64,000 nt of DNA from Nemertoderma westbladi (taxonomy: Eukaryota > Animalia > Xenacoelomorpha). Below, piece by piece: positions 23,841 to 38,000 of this stretch (positions are counted from its first letter, which is position 1; every line of letters starts with the position of its first letter). The notes beneath the pieces were generated by a model. It did no database searches, had not been told where the DNA came from, and worked only from the letters and a program-made list of their open reading frames with translations. Both the position numbers and the translations under genes were made by a program. Location: positions 1-64,000 of the forward strand of contig JAUCBJ010006943.1 in the NCBI GenBank assembly GCA_032718475.1. The letters are read 5' to 3'.

Positions 23841-26062
23841 GTAATTACAATTTTTGTTAAAATTTAGATTTTTTATAGTTGTTTGTATTACATGGTGTAC
23901 AACCTTAAATTTAAAACTTTCTACAAAAACTTATTCATGTTAAATTAACACATTTTAAAAGTCATACACCTGCGTTGAATTGAGACTTTTGTCGCTTTAA
24001 TTCATCATCTACCTATATGCAGATTTTGTATAGAGCTCAGGACAAAATGTTTATATGAAGCACCCAAAGGGTGTTTCAAATAAGCATTTATAATAAACAT
24101 GTTACTTTATGAATGGGAGAGTCTTTTAGGCTCATTAAGGTAAGGAACACCTATTCACCAATATGGTTGATCTTCTACACATAAGCACTTTTACTCTGTT
24201 TTCCATGTTAACACAGGAATGTCACATCACCAGACTGGTGATTCAAGATGAACATTACTCCAGTGGTGATTCACCACTGGAGTAATGTTCATCTTGAATC
24301 AATGAATACGAAGGGCTGTTGTTGATTCTGTTGCATGAATACTTGATTTCAAAGTGTATATAATTTATTTATTTTATTTATTTATTTCTTTAATCCAGGC
24401 AGCAAGCCCATAGTAAAAACGGAAAATACATAATAAAAAAGAAGCACATAAAGTTACATACAAGTATTATAGGTAGTATAAATAAGAGGTTCAAGATAAT
24501 TATTATTCACACGCCACATATATTTAAAAATAAAAAAAACTAACCCCGTTACAGGTCCTGAGGGGAACGCATACCTCTAATACGGCTAGTGGCTGCCGTA
24601 GCACAGATCACTGATTGTATAACTAAATTAGTAGATATACTAAGACGTCGCCAAAGCGAGTCGATGGCATTGTAGCGAATGTAGATAAATTTGGGAGATC
24701 CAGCACCCCATACATATGAGAAACACTGCAGTCGTATTTGAATCCAAATAACTTTCTAGAAGTATTATTGTAGCCTACCCTAAATTTGTTATAAACATCA
24801 AGATTGAAATTACATCTGGACCATAGAGAATTACAAAAGAATTGAGTACAAAAACTACGGAATAAACCCTTTTTCACAAGTAACCAAATTTTCTAATTAA
24901 CATATTCCCTCTTCTATACATAGAATGTAACTGGTTGATAATATCAAAATTGTCGCAGGTCGAACTATGCAAAATATGTCCCAAGTATTTATACTGTTCT
25001 ACTCGCTCAAGTTTAATACCGTTCAAATAGAAATCAGACGAGAGTATATTTTTAAACGATTTCGGTACAAAGATTTTTTTACATTAATCTTAATAGAATG
25101 TTGCGCAGTGTAATTCTCATAAATTTTTAGTAATCTGTTCATGCCGTAGGCTGAACAATAAAATTACATTATAATAATTACTAATAATTATAATAATTAC
25201 ATATATACAATGAATATAAGATTACATTTTACTGGCATGTAATGTTAATATATTCTTTGTATGGAAGGACAAGATATCTGACAACAGTAAGAACCATAAT
25301 GAATCTGAAAGTAATTCGCATTTATAAACGTTTAAAATTCGTTAGCATGGTTGGGTGGTTTATACACTTCAATAGTTGCTTAGTCTAGTGGTGACATTCC
25401 TGTGCTTCCAGTCGGGATGACCTAGTACTATTCCTTTTGACTCATATTCAGATGGTTGGTCTATCACTAGGGCCTAGTTTTCCAATTCATACACAATGTA
25501 ATAATAATAACATATTTTACATATAACATGCATATCTAAATGTAATACACATTCATATTCTAAACTATAATGTAAAATTACATAAGCAGTTTTATATAGA
25601 ATGTTTAATAGATTTTTATAAGCGCCAATAATTTAAGATTAATTTCATCAGTCAAGCATTGATCGCATTCTGTAATAGTGCTACAGTTTTCGAAGGACCA
25701 ATTTCTGAATTTTAATTATTTTATGAGCCATAATATTTCTGTATATAAGTATAAAGAAGCGAATATGAGTAATATATATTATTACAATATCAACCCGATA
25801 CAATGTCAGTATGACATTTTTGCATTAAATATTTAAATGTACTCTAAGGTTAACAAAAACCAATTTTTAAATTTACAATGCAAAAAGTACACAATCTCTA
25901 TATCATAGTTTTAAATGTTAAAATCATATGTATAATCATTTATATAATGGTAGTAACTAACATATAACTAGATTTGTTTCGGTCTAATAGTGTTATACCC
26001 TGGAAGTAATATCTTCTGAATGTACATGGTTCCTGTTATCCCTACCTGCTACCAGTACTTAC

Positions 26063-29000
26063 ATTCAAAACATCAAAATTTTCTTCTAAATCGAACGCTT
26101 GGAATGTTAATAGAATGCGCGGCTCACCATGGATCTCGTAGTGTTGGTGAGCATTGTTGTCATAGTTAGATGGGTAATTAGGTGAGGTTAATTTACCAAC
26201 ACTTCCAATGGGAACAGTGTAGTTAGATGCGGTTAAATGACCAACACTTTCAGTGGTCGAATGGTAGTTAGTTGTGGTGAAAGTGCCAACTCTTTCTGTT
26301 TTAGCAATGTAGACGTTTTCTAGACAAAATTATTTTCTAAGTGAGACAATTACAGTGAGATTACTGAAGGAGAAATAAAATGTTTTATAAATATAGATAA
26401 AATTCAGATATTAAATTCAGTACACAAAACAAAAGTAACTAATATCTAAATAAATCCAATTCATATGGTATCACACAGGAGTCACACAGGAGTCACATAT
26501 GTTTTTATGATTATAATCATTTATTTTTCACATTTTAAAATACTATTGCAACATTAAAGATACCAGAACCTACCTGTATTTTCGTAGTCTATCGAGAATC
26601 CAATGTTTGTAACACTCCAATCAGAATCAAATACAAGGAATAAGTCCCTGGTAGAGGATATAATTTGAGTTGGTAGTGTATTTCCAGATAAGTTCCTTAT
26701 CAATGGGGCAAATTCATCAGCACCATCGTATACCTAATGAGAGAAAAAATCAGGCAACATAAAACATATATATAACAGCTCAATCCATCATCATGTGCTT
26801 CCCTTTTCAAACCACTTAAAAAAATATTCAAAATATTAATTATTTATTGAAAAAATTAATAATTTAATTAAATAATAATTAATTAATTAAAATATAAATA
26901 AAATATAATATAATAAAATAATTAATTAAAAATGAAAAAATTATCAAAATGGAGATTTTTTTATATTTGTTTGTATTACATGGTGTACAACCTTATATTT
27001 AAAACTATGTACAAAAACTTGAATATGTAAAAATTCACACATTTTAAAAGTCTTACACCTGCTTAGAACTGAGACATTTGTCGCTTTAAATCATCATCTA
27101 CCTATATGCAGATATTGTATAGAACACAGGCCAAAATGCTTATTTGAAACACCCTATACTAAACATGTTACTTTATGAATGGCAGAATGGGAGAGTCATT
27201 TAGGCTCATTAAGGCAAGTAATACCTATTCACCAATATGGTTGATCTTCTACAGTTACAAGATATCTGACGACAGTAAGAACCAAGATGAATCTGAAAGT
27301 AATTCGCATTTGTAAACGTTTCAAATTCGTTAGCATGGTTGGGTGGTTTGAACAGTTCAAGAGCTGCTTCGTCAAATGGTGACATTCCTGTGCTTCCAGT
27401 CAGGATATATTATTGCAATACCAACCCATGATACTATTTCAGTATGACATTTTTGCATTAAATATTTAAATGTACTCTAAGGTTAACAAAAACCAATTTT
27501 GAAATTTACAATACAAATTTACAAACATAGTTGTTTGTATGAGGAGTCGCACTGCTCTTCTAGATCTTGCATATAACTTGAATATGGACAATAATTGGTA
27601 CTGTAGCTTGCGACTTGCGGCTTATCTGGACTCCAGGAATACCGGCATGCTTGGAACTATGTGGCAGGATAGGGTGTACCAATGGTATTTTGCGAAATAC
27701 TGTAATCCAGCGCATTGCTTCAGCTAATGCCAGGTGTGATAACGTACTTGACATCAAGTTTCATGACAAGAAACTTATACACTTTGTAACAACGATTGAC
27801 AAAGCTGGGGATGTAGATAAGAAGCGGTATCTACCTGGCGGAGGAGGGTCTCCACTGGAGTATCAGAAACCAAAAGCGATCGAAAACTATAATCTGTGGA
27901 TGGGCGGAGTAGACAAGACCGATAACTATATCGCTTCTTACAATGTGGCCCGCAAGAAATTGAAGATTCAATTCTCTAAATCCCAACGAGACTTAATAAT
28001 TATTCACAGGGGTTCAGTCAGATCACAGGCAACATCCGAAACGCTCCTCTATTGCACCCATTCCCACCAACCCAGAGCACATCATTGACTTTAATCCTGA
28101 TGGCCGTCGGAAACAATGCAGAATCTGTAGCGCACAGAAAGTCTGGAAAGAAGTGAGGTCCGAATGCACTACTTGCGCCAGGAAACCAGTAATGTGTATA
28201 GGGGATAACGCACCTGATATATAAAGCAGTTTCATAAGAGGTTTTCCTGTTCTCTGATTTCATTTCTGATGTCAGTTTTCATGCCTGATCGTCTCACGAC
28301 ACACTGTGACTGTATGTATGTATGTCTGTTTGTTTGTTGTTTTGACTGTTCAAAATAACAATAATGCCAGTCATATGCCTTGACAGACATGTATACAGGC
28401 ACAGACAGCCTAGAGTCGGTCAGTCGTAAAAACTGACATCAGAAATGAAATCAGAAACCTGGAATAGCCCCATAGAGTAAATGTTTTCATTACATAATAT
28501 GCTTCCTTATATTTTGACAGACAGACTGACAGACAAATAGACATACATACAGACACAGACACATACATCCTAGTGTTGGTCAGTCGTAGAAACTGACATC
28601 ACAAATGAAATCAGCGCGACCTGGAAAACCCTCATGGCGAATGTTTTCATTATATAATATGCTTCCTTATTTTTTGACAGACATCAGACTGACAGAAGTA
28701 ATTACAATTTTTGTTAAAATGTAGATTTTTTATAGTTGTTTGCATTACATGGTGTACAACCTTAAATTTAAAACTTTCTACAAAAACTTATTCATGTTAA
28801 ATTAACAAATTTTAAAAGTCATACACCTGCGTTGAATTGAGACTTTTGTCGCTTTAATTCATCATCTACCTATATGCAGATTTTGTATAGAGCTCAGGAC
28901 AAAATGTTTATTTGAAGCACCCAAAGGGTGTTTCAAATAAGCATTTATAATAAACATTGTTACTTTATGAATGGGAGAGTCTTTTAGGCTCATTAAGGTA

Positions 29001-32000
29001 AGGAACACCTATTCACCAATATGGTTGATCTTCTACACATAAGCACTTTTACTCTGTTTTCCATGTTAACACAGGAATGTCACATCACCACTGGACTAAT
29101 GTTCATCTTGAATCAATGAATACGAAGGGCTGTTGTTGATTCTGTTGCATGAATACTTGATTTCAAAGTGTATATAATTTATTTATTTTATTTATTTATT
29201 TCTTTAATTCAGGCAGCAAGCCCATAGTAAAAACGGAAAATACATAATAAAAAAGAAGCACATAAAGTTACATACAAGTATTATAGGTAGTATAAATAAG
29301 AGGTTCAAGATAATCATTATTGACACGCCACATATATTTAAAAATAAAAAAAACTAACCACGTTACAGGTCCTGAGGGGAACGCATGGCTCTAATACGGC
29401 TAGTGGCTGCCGTAGCACAGATCACTGATTGCATAACTAAATTAGTAAGTAGATATACTAAGACGTCGCCAAAGCAAGTCGATGGCATTGTAGCGAATGT
29501 GGATAAATTTTGGGAGATCCAGCACCCCAAACATATGCGAAACACTGCAGTCGTATTATAATCCAAATAACTTTCTAGAAATATTATTGTAGCCTACCCT
29601 AAATTTGTTATAAACATCAAGATTGAAATTACATCTGGACCATAGAGAATTACAGTAGAATTGAGTACAAAAACTACGGAATAAACGTTTTTTCACAAGA
29701 AACGAACAGGCACCAAATTTTCTAATTAACATATTCCCTCTTCTATACATAGAATGTAAGTGGTTGATAATATCAAAATTGTCGCAGGTCGAACTATGCA
29801 AAATATGTCCCAAGTATTTATACTGTTCTACTCGCTCAAGTTTAATACCGTTCAAATATAAATCAGACGAGAGTATATTTTTAAACGATTTCGGTACAAA
29901 GATTTTTTTACATTAATCTTAATAGAATGTTGCGCAGTGTAATTCTCATAAATTTTTAGTAATCTGTTCATGCCGTAGGCTGAACAATAAAATTACATTA
30001 TAATAATTACTAATAATTATAATAATTACATATATACAATGAATATAAGATTACATTATACTGGCATGTAATGTTAATATATTCTTTGTATGGAAGGCCA
30101 AGATATCTGACGACAGTAAGAACCATAATGAATCTGAAAGTAATTCGCATTTATAAACGTTTAAAATTCGTTAGCATGGTTGGGTGGTTTAAACACTTCA
30201 ATAGTTGCTTAGTCTAGTGGTGACATTCCTGTGCTTCCAGTCAGGATGACCTGGTACTATTCCTTTTGACTCATATTCAGATGGTTGGTCTATCACTAGG
30301 GCCTAGTTTTCCAATTCATACACAATGTAATAATAATAACATATTTTACATATAACATGCATATCTAAATGTAATACGCATTCATATTCTAAACTATAAT
30401 GTAAAATTATACAAGCAGTTTTAGATAGAATGTATAATAGACTCTTATAAGCGCCAATAATTTAAGATTAATTTCATCAGTCAAGCATTGCTCGCATTCT
30501 GTAATAGTGCTACAGTTTTCGAAGGACCAATTTCTGAAATTTAATTATTTTATGAGCCATAATATTTCTGTATATAAGTACAAAGAAGCGAATATGAGTA
30601 ATATATATTATTACAATATCAACCCGATACAATGTCAGTATGACATTTTTGCATTAAATATTTAAATGTACTCTAAGGTTAACAAAAACCAATTTTGAAA
30701 TTTACAATGCAAAAATTACACAATCTCTATATCATAGTTTTAAATGTTAAAATCATATATTAACCCAAGGTAATGGTAGTAACCAATTTCTAAATAGATT
30801 TATTTGGGTCTAATAGTGTTATACCCTGGAAGTAATGATATCTTCTGAATGTACATGGTTCCTGTTATCCCTACCTGCTACCAGTACTTACATTCAAAAC
30901 GTCAAAATTTTCTTCTAAATCGAATGCTTGGAATGTTAATAGAATGTGCGGCTCTCCATGGATCTCGTAGTGTTGGTGAGCATTGTTGTCATAGTTGGAT
31001 GGGTAATTAGGTGAGGTTAATTTACCAACACTTCCAATGGGAACAGTGTAGTTAGATGCGGTTAAATTACCAACACTTTCAGTGGTCGAATGGTAGTTAG
31101 TTGTGGTGAAAGTGCCAACTCTTTCTGTTTTCGCTATGTAGACGTTTTCTAGACAAAATTAATTTCTAAGTGAGACAATTACAGTGAGATTACTGAAGGA
31201 GAAATAAAATGTTTTATAAATATAGATAAAATTCAGATATTAAATTCAGTACACAAAACAAAAGTAACTAATATCTAAATAAATCCAATTCATATGGTGT
31301 CACACAGGAGTCACATATGTTTTTATAATAAAATCATTTATTTTTCACATTTTAAAATACTATTGCAACATTAAAGATACCAGAACCTACCTGTATTTTC
31401 GTAGTCTATTGAGAATCCAATGTTTGTAACACTCCAATCAGAATCAAATACAAGGAATAAGTCCCTGGTAGAGGATATAATTTGAGTTGGTAGTGTATTT
31501 CCAGATAAGTTCCCTATCAATGGGGCAAATTCATCAGCACCATCGTATACCTAATGAGAGAAAAAATCAGGCAACATAAAACATATAACAGCTCAATCCA
31601 TCATCATGAGCTTCCCTTTTGAAACCACTTAAAAAAGTATTCACAATTTTGTTATCAAAATGGAGATTTTTCATATTTGTTTGTATTACATGGTGTACAA
31701 CCTTATATTTAAAACTATGTACAAAAACTTGTATATGTAATAACACATTTTAAAAGTCTTACACCTGCTTAGAACTGAGACATTTGTCGCTTAAATCATC
31801 ATCTACCTATATGCAGATATTGTATAGAACACAGGCCAAAATGCTTATTTGAAACACCCTATACTAAACATGTTACTTTATGAATGGCAGAATGGGAGAG
31901 TCATTTAGGCTCATTAAGGCAAGTAATACCTATTCACCAATATGGTTGATCTTCTACAGTTACAAGATATCTGACGACAGTAAGAACCAAGATGAATCTG

Positions 32001-35000
32001 AAAGTAATTCTCATTTGTAAACGTTTAAAATTCGTTAGCATGGTTGGGTGGTTTGAACAGTTCAAGAGCTGCTTCGTCAAATGGTGACATTCCTGTGCTT
32101 CCAGTCAGGATGACCTAGTACTATTCCTTTTGACTCCTTTTGAATCAGATGGTTGGTCTATCACTAGGGCCTAGTTTTCCAATTCATACACTATGTAATA
32201 ATAATAAAATATTTTACATATAACATGCATATCTAAATGTTATACGCATTCATATTCTAAACTATAATGTAAAATTACACAAGCAGTTTTATATAGAATG
32301 TATAATAGATTTTTATAAGCGCCAATAAATTAAGATTAATTTCATCAGTCAAGCATTGATCGCATTCTGTAATAGTGCTACAGTTTTCGAAGGACCAATT
32401 TCTGAATTTTAATTATTTTATATTAGTAATATATTTTAATGCAATACCAACCCATGATACTATTTCAGTATGACATTTTTGCATTAAATATTTAAATGTA
32501 CTCTAAGGTTAACAAAAACCAATTCTGAAATTTACAATGCAAAAATTACGCAATCTCTATATTATCATAGTTTTAAATGTTAAAATCATATATTAACTCA
32601 AGGTAATGGTAGTAACCAATTTATAAATAGATTTATTTGGGTCTAATAGTGTTATACCCTGGAAGTAATAATATCTTCTGAATATACATGGTTCCTGTTA
32701 TCCCTCCCTACCTGCTACCATTACTTACATTCAAAACATCAAAATTTTCTTCTAAATCGAACGCTTGGAATGTTAATAGAATGTGCGGCTCTCCATGGAT
32801 CTCGTAGTGTTGGTGAGCATTGTTGTCATAGTTGGATGGGTAATTAGGTGAGGTTAATTTACCAACACTTCCAATGGGAACAGTGTAGGGAGATGCGGTT
32901 AAATTACCAACACTTTCAGTGGTCGCTTGGTAGTTAGATGAGGTTGAAGTATGATAACTTTCAGTGGTTGTTGGGTAGTTAGATGAGGTTGAAGTATGAT
33001 AACTTTCAGTGGTTGTTGGGTAGTTAGATGAGGTTGAAGTATGATCACTTTCAGTGGTCGTTGGGTAGTTAGATGAGGTAGAAGTATGATCACTTTCAGT
33101 GGTCATTGGGTAGTTAGATGAGGTTGAAGTATGATCACTTTCAGTGGTTGTTGGATAGTTAGATGAGGTTGAAGTTTGATCAATTTCAGTGGTCATTGGG
33201 TAGTTAGATGAGGTTGAAGAATGATCACTGTCAGTGGTTGCAGGGTAGTTTGATGAGGTGGAAGTGTGATCACTTTCAGTGGTCGAAGGGTAGTTAGATG
33301 AGGTTGAAGTATGATCACTTTCAGTGATCGCACGGTAGTTTGATGAGGTGGAAGTATGATCACTTTCAGTGGTCGCACGGTAGTTAGATGAGGTTGAAGT
33401 AGGATCACTTTCAGTGGTCGTTGGGTAGTTAGATGAGGTTGAAGTATGATCACTTTCAGTGGTTGTTGGATAGTTAGATGAGGTTGAAGTTTGACCAATT
33501 TCAGTGGTCGTTGGGTAGTTAGATGAGGTTGAAGAATGATCACTTTCAGTGGTCGCAGGGTAGTTTGATGAGGTGGAAGTGTGATCACTTTCAGTGGTCG
33601 AAGGGTAGTTAGATGAGGTTGAAGTATGATAACTTTCAGTGGTCCTACGGTAGTTAGATGAGGTTGAAGTATGACCACTTTCAGTAGTCGCAGGGTAGTT
33701 TGATGAGGTGGAAGTAGGATCACTTTCAGTGGTCGTTGGGTAGTTAGATGAGGTTGAAGTATGATCACTTTCAGTGGTTGTTGGATAGTTAGATGAGGTT
33801 GAAGTTTGATCAATTTCAGTGGTCGTTGGGTAGTTAGATGAGGTTGAAGAATGATCACTTTCAATGGTCGCAGGGTAGTTTGATGAGGTGGAAGTGTGAT
33901 CACTTTCAGTGGTCGAAGGGTAGTTAGATGAGGTTGAAGTATGATCACTTTCAGTGGTCGCACGGTAGTTAGATGAGGTTGAAGTATGACCACTTTCAGT
34001 GGTCGCAGGGTAGTTTGATGAGGTGGAATTATGATCACTTTCAGTGGTCATTGGGTAGTTAGATGTGGTTGAAGTGTGATCACTTTCAGTGGTTGTTGGG
34101 TAGTTAGATGAGGTTGAAGTATGATCACTTTCAGTGGACATTGGGTAGTTAGATGAGGTTGAAGTTCCAACACTTTCAGTGGTCGCAATATAGAAGCTTT
34201 CTAGACAAAATGAATTTCTAAGTGATATAATTACAGTGAGAATACTGCAAGAGGAATAAAGTGTTTTTTAAATATACATGAAATTCAGATATTATTTAAT
34301 TCAGTACACAAAACAAAAGTAGCTAATATCTAAATAAATCCTATAAGTCACGTATGTTTTTATGATAAAATCATTTATTTTTGCACTTTTTAACATACTA
34401 TTGCAACAGTCAAGGTACGTTATAGTTGGATGGGCAATTAGGTGAGGTTATTGTATGATAACTTTCAGTGGTTGCTGGGTAGTTAGTTGAGTGGAAAAAG
34501 GTCGCACTTTCTGTGGTCGCAATGAGATAATTACAGTTAGATTACTGCAAGAGGCATAAAATGTATTATGAATGGGAGAATCTTTTAGACTCGTTAAGCC
34601 AAGTAGTAATGCCTGTTCACCACCATGGGTGGTCTTCCACTCTGTTTCCCAAGTCGCCTTGGTTCCCATTTATCGAACACTGAAGGATGTAAGCCATGGT
34701 TGGGATAGTCTGCAGCATTTAAAGCACTGTGCCAAAACAATGCTGCCCCATCTAGGGGTCGATCCATTGCTTCCTAATTGGAAGCCAAGGAATGTCACCA
34801 CTAGACTAAGCTGCTGCTTATAGCCAACTCAAACCATCAATGGGGCTACAACAAATGTATAAGTACTTGGGAACCCTCATAGGGGAAGAAGGACCCTAAT
34901 TGAAGTTGATGGCAGACAACACTCATCACTCAGCACTCATCACAAAAGCCCCACTAAAACCGCAACAGCGGATGACAATCTTGAGGAAAAACATTCCTCC

Positions 35001-38000
35001 AGGAATATTCCAGCAGCTAGTATTGGGTTGCCCAACAATGGGTAATTTGAAATCAATAGACCGTGCGGTGAGAGGGGCTGTGCGTAGGTGGCTAGACCTC
35101 CCCGACGACACACCTACTCTGTATTATCATGCAAGGTGTAAGGATGGAGGATTGGAAATAGCAGCCATGGAATTTCAGATTCCACTACTTACATTAAAGC
35201 GGCTGGAGCATCTAGAGTCAAAAGGTGCAGAAGATGATGCGTTGGTGTGGGTGGCAACTGGATGCCCACTACTGAGTATGACATTGGCAACGAGGAGGCG
35301 CCATCTTGTGAGGGAGTGCGAGTGCCGGGAGATAAAGGATGCAGTTGCAGCATATTGGTGGTCGAGGTTGTATGAGAGTGTTTACGAGAGGCAACCCAAA
35401 ACCCTCAAACGCAGTGATGGGTATTCTAGGTCATTGATCCAGTAAACTTGCCATCTCCATGCAGCATGAAGGCGTCCATGTGTGGCTGCATAGACCCTCT
35501 TAGTAGGGCAAATCTGATCCTGTAACTAGGACCCCCATTGATTCTGGGATAGGGAAGCCATTGGTCCTGGATTAAGGACCCATATACTTGGCTGCAGGGG
35601 TATATGGCCTTGCCAGGCAGATGGTGATCTACCAATGGCTGGTCAGGAGTAGAGTGTTCTATGTCCACTCCGAGTGTATTTCGCTGTGAATTGCACCTGG
35701 CAGCAGGGGTACAGGGCATGGCCCAGCAGATGAGCTGCACAGCCAATAATGGATCATTTGGGTCAGAGTACTACTACCAGGATCGGCATGCTGCATTGCA
35801 GCTGCATTTTTAAGAATGTTGTGCCGGCTTGTCGACAAAATTGCACCGCCACAACTCCCTATCACCCATGACATTTGCTAGATCATCCGCATCTTCAAGG
35901 CCAGTGTCCTTTGAGATGCGTCTCAAGAAAGTAATGGGCTATCCACCACACCTATTCATTCCATGAGGCTGCCAAAGAATTATGTAAGAATTAAATTAAA
36001 TATAAGAATTAAAGAATTATGCACTGGCTGATCCTCACGGCACAAACAATGTCCTGCAAATCGGAGGCGATTTTGTTCTAGTGTCAAGCTTGGGGAACCA
36101 ATGAGACACCTCCAATGTTATATAGTATCTGGTTGGAGATGTGTGCATTGAATTTGACCCAATGAACCCGGTGTAGCATTCTTGTGAATGTGCCATCCAG
36201 AGATTTGGTGTCCTCAGCAGTTAGAGCCCAGCATGGACTCCCATAGAGGAGTACTGGAACTACTGATGCTCTAAATAATCGGACCTTGAGTTTCCGATTA
36301 ATTCTCGGTGACTTCCAAATCCTGGAGAGCCTATTCAAGGCTGCCCATGCCTTTCCCTTACATATTCAAAGATCCTCACCTGACCTCCGGATCCATGATC
36401 CCAGGTAACAGAAGCCATCCACATGCTCAAACATATCATCCTTTGCGTTTATGCTCATCCCATCAGAGACTTGCTGAGGACTTTCAAAGTTAACTGTCAA
36501 AATTTTGGTCTTTCAGGAGTTAATAAAAAGACCAACACTAGAAGCAGCATGTTCTAATGAGCTGAGGAGCCGTTGGGCTCCCTCTAGTAATTGTGAGAGT
36601 ACTCCTAAGTCATCAGCAAAATCTAGATCAGTTAGGTGCTTGGCAGGATTTCCTCGACTTCTGGAGCCAGAAGGTGGAGTTATCATCACCCCATCATCAT
36701 TATGATGATCTAAGGACATCCGTAGAACATAGTCAACCACAATTATGAACAAGAATGGTGCAAGTGTGTCTCCCTGGAGGATGCCCCATAACACTTCAAA
36801 TGGTTCTGTGTCACTGTCAACAGAAGAAACAAATGTTGTCGAACCATCATATACTGATCTGATTGCTGCAATAATTTCATGAGGAATCCCATATAATGAA
36901 AGTATGCTGAACATACGTGAGCGAGAGACTGAATCAAAGGCCTTGAAGAATTCAACAAAGATAACAGTCAGATGCCTGTCTTTCTATTTTGATAACTCTT
37001 CAATTATCCTTCTAAGTGCCAAAATGGGCTCCATAGTCCCACGACCTTTACGCTATGGAACCCATTCTGATTTCCACGGAACAGTCTTTCAATGGGATCC
37101 CTGATGCGATTTAATATAATTATATTGTATAGCTTTGCAGCAATCGAGATCAATGAGATTCCCCGAAAAGAACCATATAGTGTTAGGTTGCCCTTCTTGG
37201 GAACTGGCACCAACTTATTTATTTTCATTTCTTGTGGGACTCTTGTTGTTCGGTTTCGGTACATGTCTACTATGATGGGATATGAGCTTTAAACACACAG
37301 GTATTTTAAAGACCTCAGGGGGAACACCATCTACTCCACTGGCATGATTGGTCTTAATGCTCTTTGCAGCAGCCTTCACTTCTGCAAAGGAGATATCGCC
37401 AATGGGAATATTTGGGAGTACAGACACAGACACAGACACTTTTACTTCTATAAATTTATCAGGCCATACCCTGTCGTTATTGAGGAGCTTTTCAAAGTGG
37501 GCCTTCCAACCATTGAGGCGATCGGCTGGTGATTCAGCCTTAACCTTGGTGGTTGGTTGGCTTTTCCGCCCAGTAAGCAAGTTGATTGATTTCCATGCCT
37601 GGGTTGATTGCCTACTGTTGTCAGCATCATTGATGGCATCAACCTGTTGGTTTATTAGCTCCTGTAGATTAACAGAGTACTGCCTGTTCAGGGACCTAGA
37701 TGCAGCCTCAACTGCATTCTTGGCCGCTGTAGTCTGTTTGAGTCAGGACTCTTTCTGCACCTTATAGAGGTCATTTCGACACTTTTGAATTTTGTTGTCA
37801 GTCCAGGGGGCCCTTTTCCTGTTTCGAGGGTATACAGGAACTGTTTCTGCAGCTGCTAACTTAACTGCTTCTGTGAAGGCAGTATAGCCATCACAGTGAT
37901 CTTTCGCCTCAGAGGCAAGAACCTCACACCTGTTGCTCAGCTGTAGTGTGAAGCTGGATCTCACACTTGGCTGTTGCAACAGAGTGGCTCTGTCATGCTG

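Larger units (their letters stand above)
20262..34640. repeat. Tandem segmental duplication of the CUB exon-pair unit (periods ~4.4, ~4.8, ~1.8 kb)
   Basis: Exon-A donor sites at 21640, 26063, 30892, 32729; shared LINE marker at 20271, 24721, 29540; intron sequences near-identical between units. Confidence 0.93.

Noticed and set aside
33193-34038. Alternative-frame ORFs over repeats (also 3030-3410, 15250-15696, 7647-8333)
   Set aside because: Shadow frames of tandem repeats with no independent coding evidence.
34201-34244. Signal-peptide-like ILTVIISLRNSFC upstream of the mucin exon
   Set aside because: That acceptor has the wrong phase and the paralogous segment (~31160) has an in-frame TAA. 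The TTTGTCTAG acceptor fits all copies.
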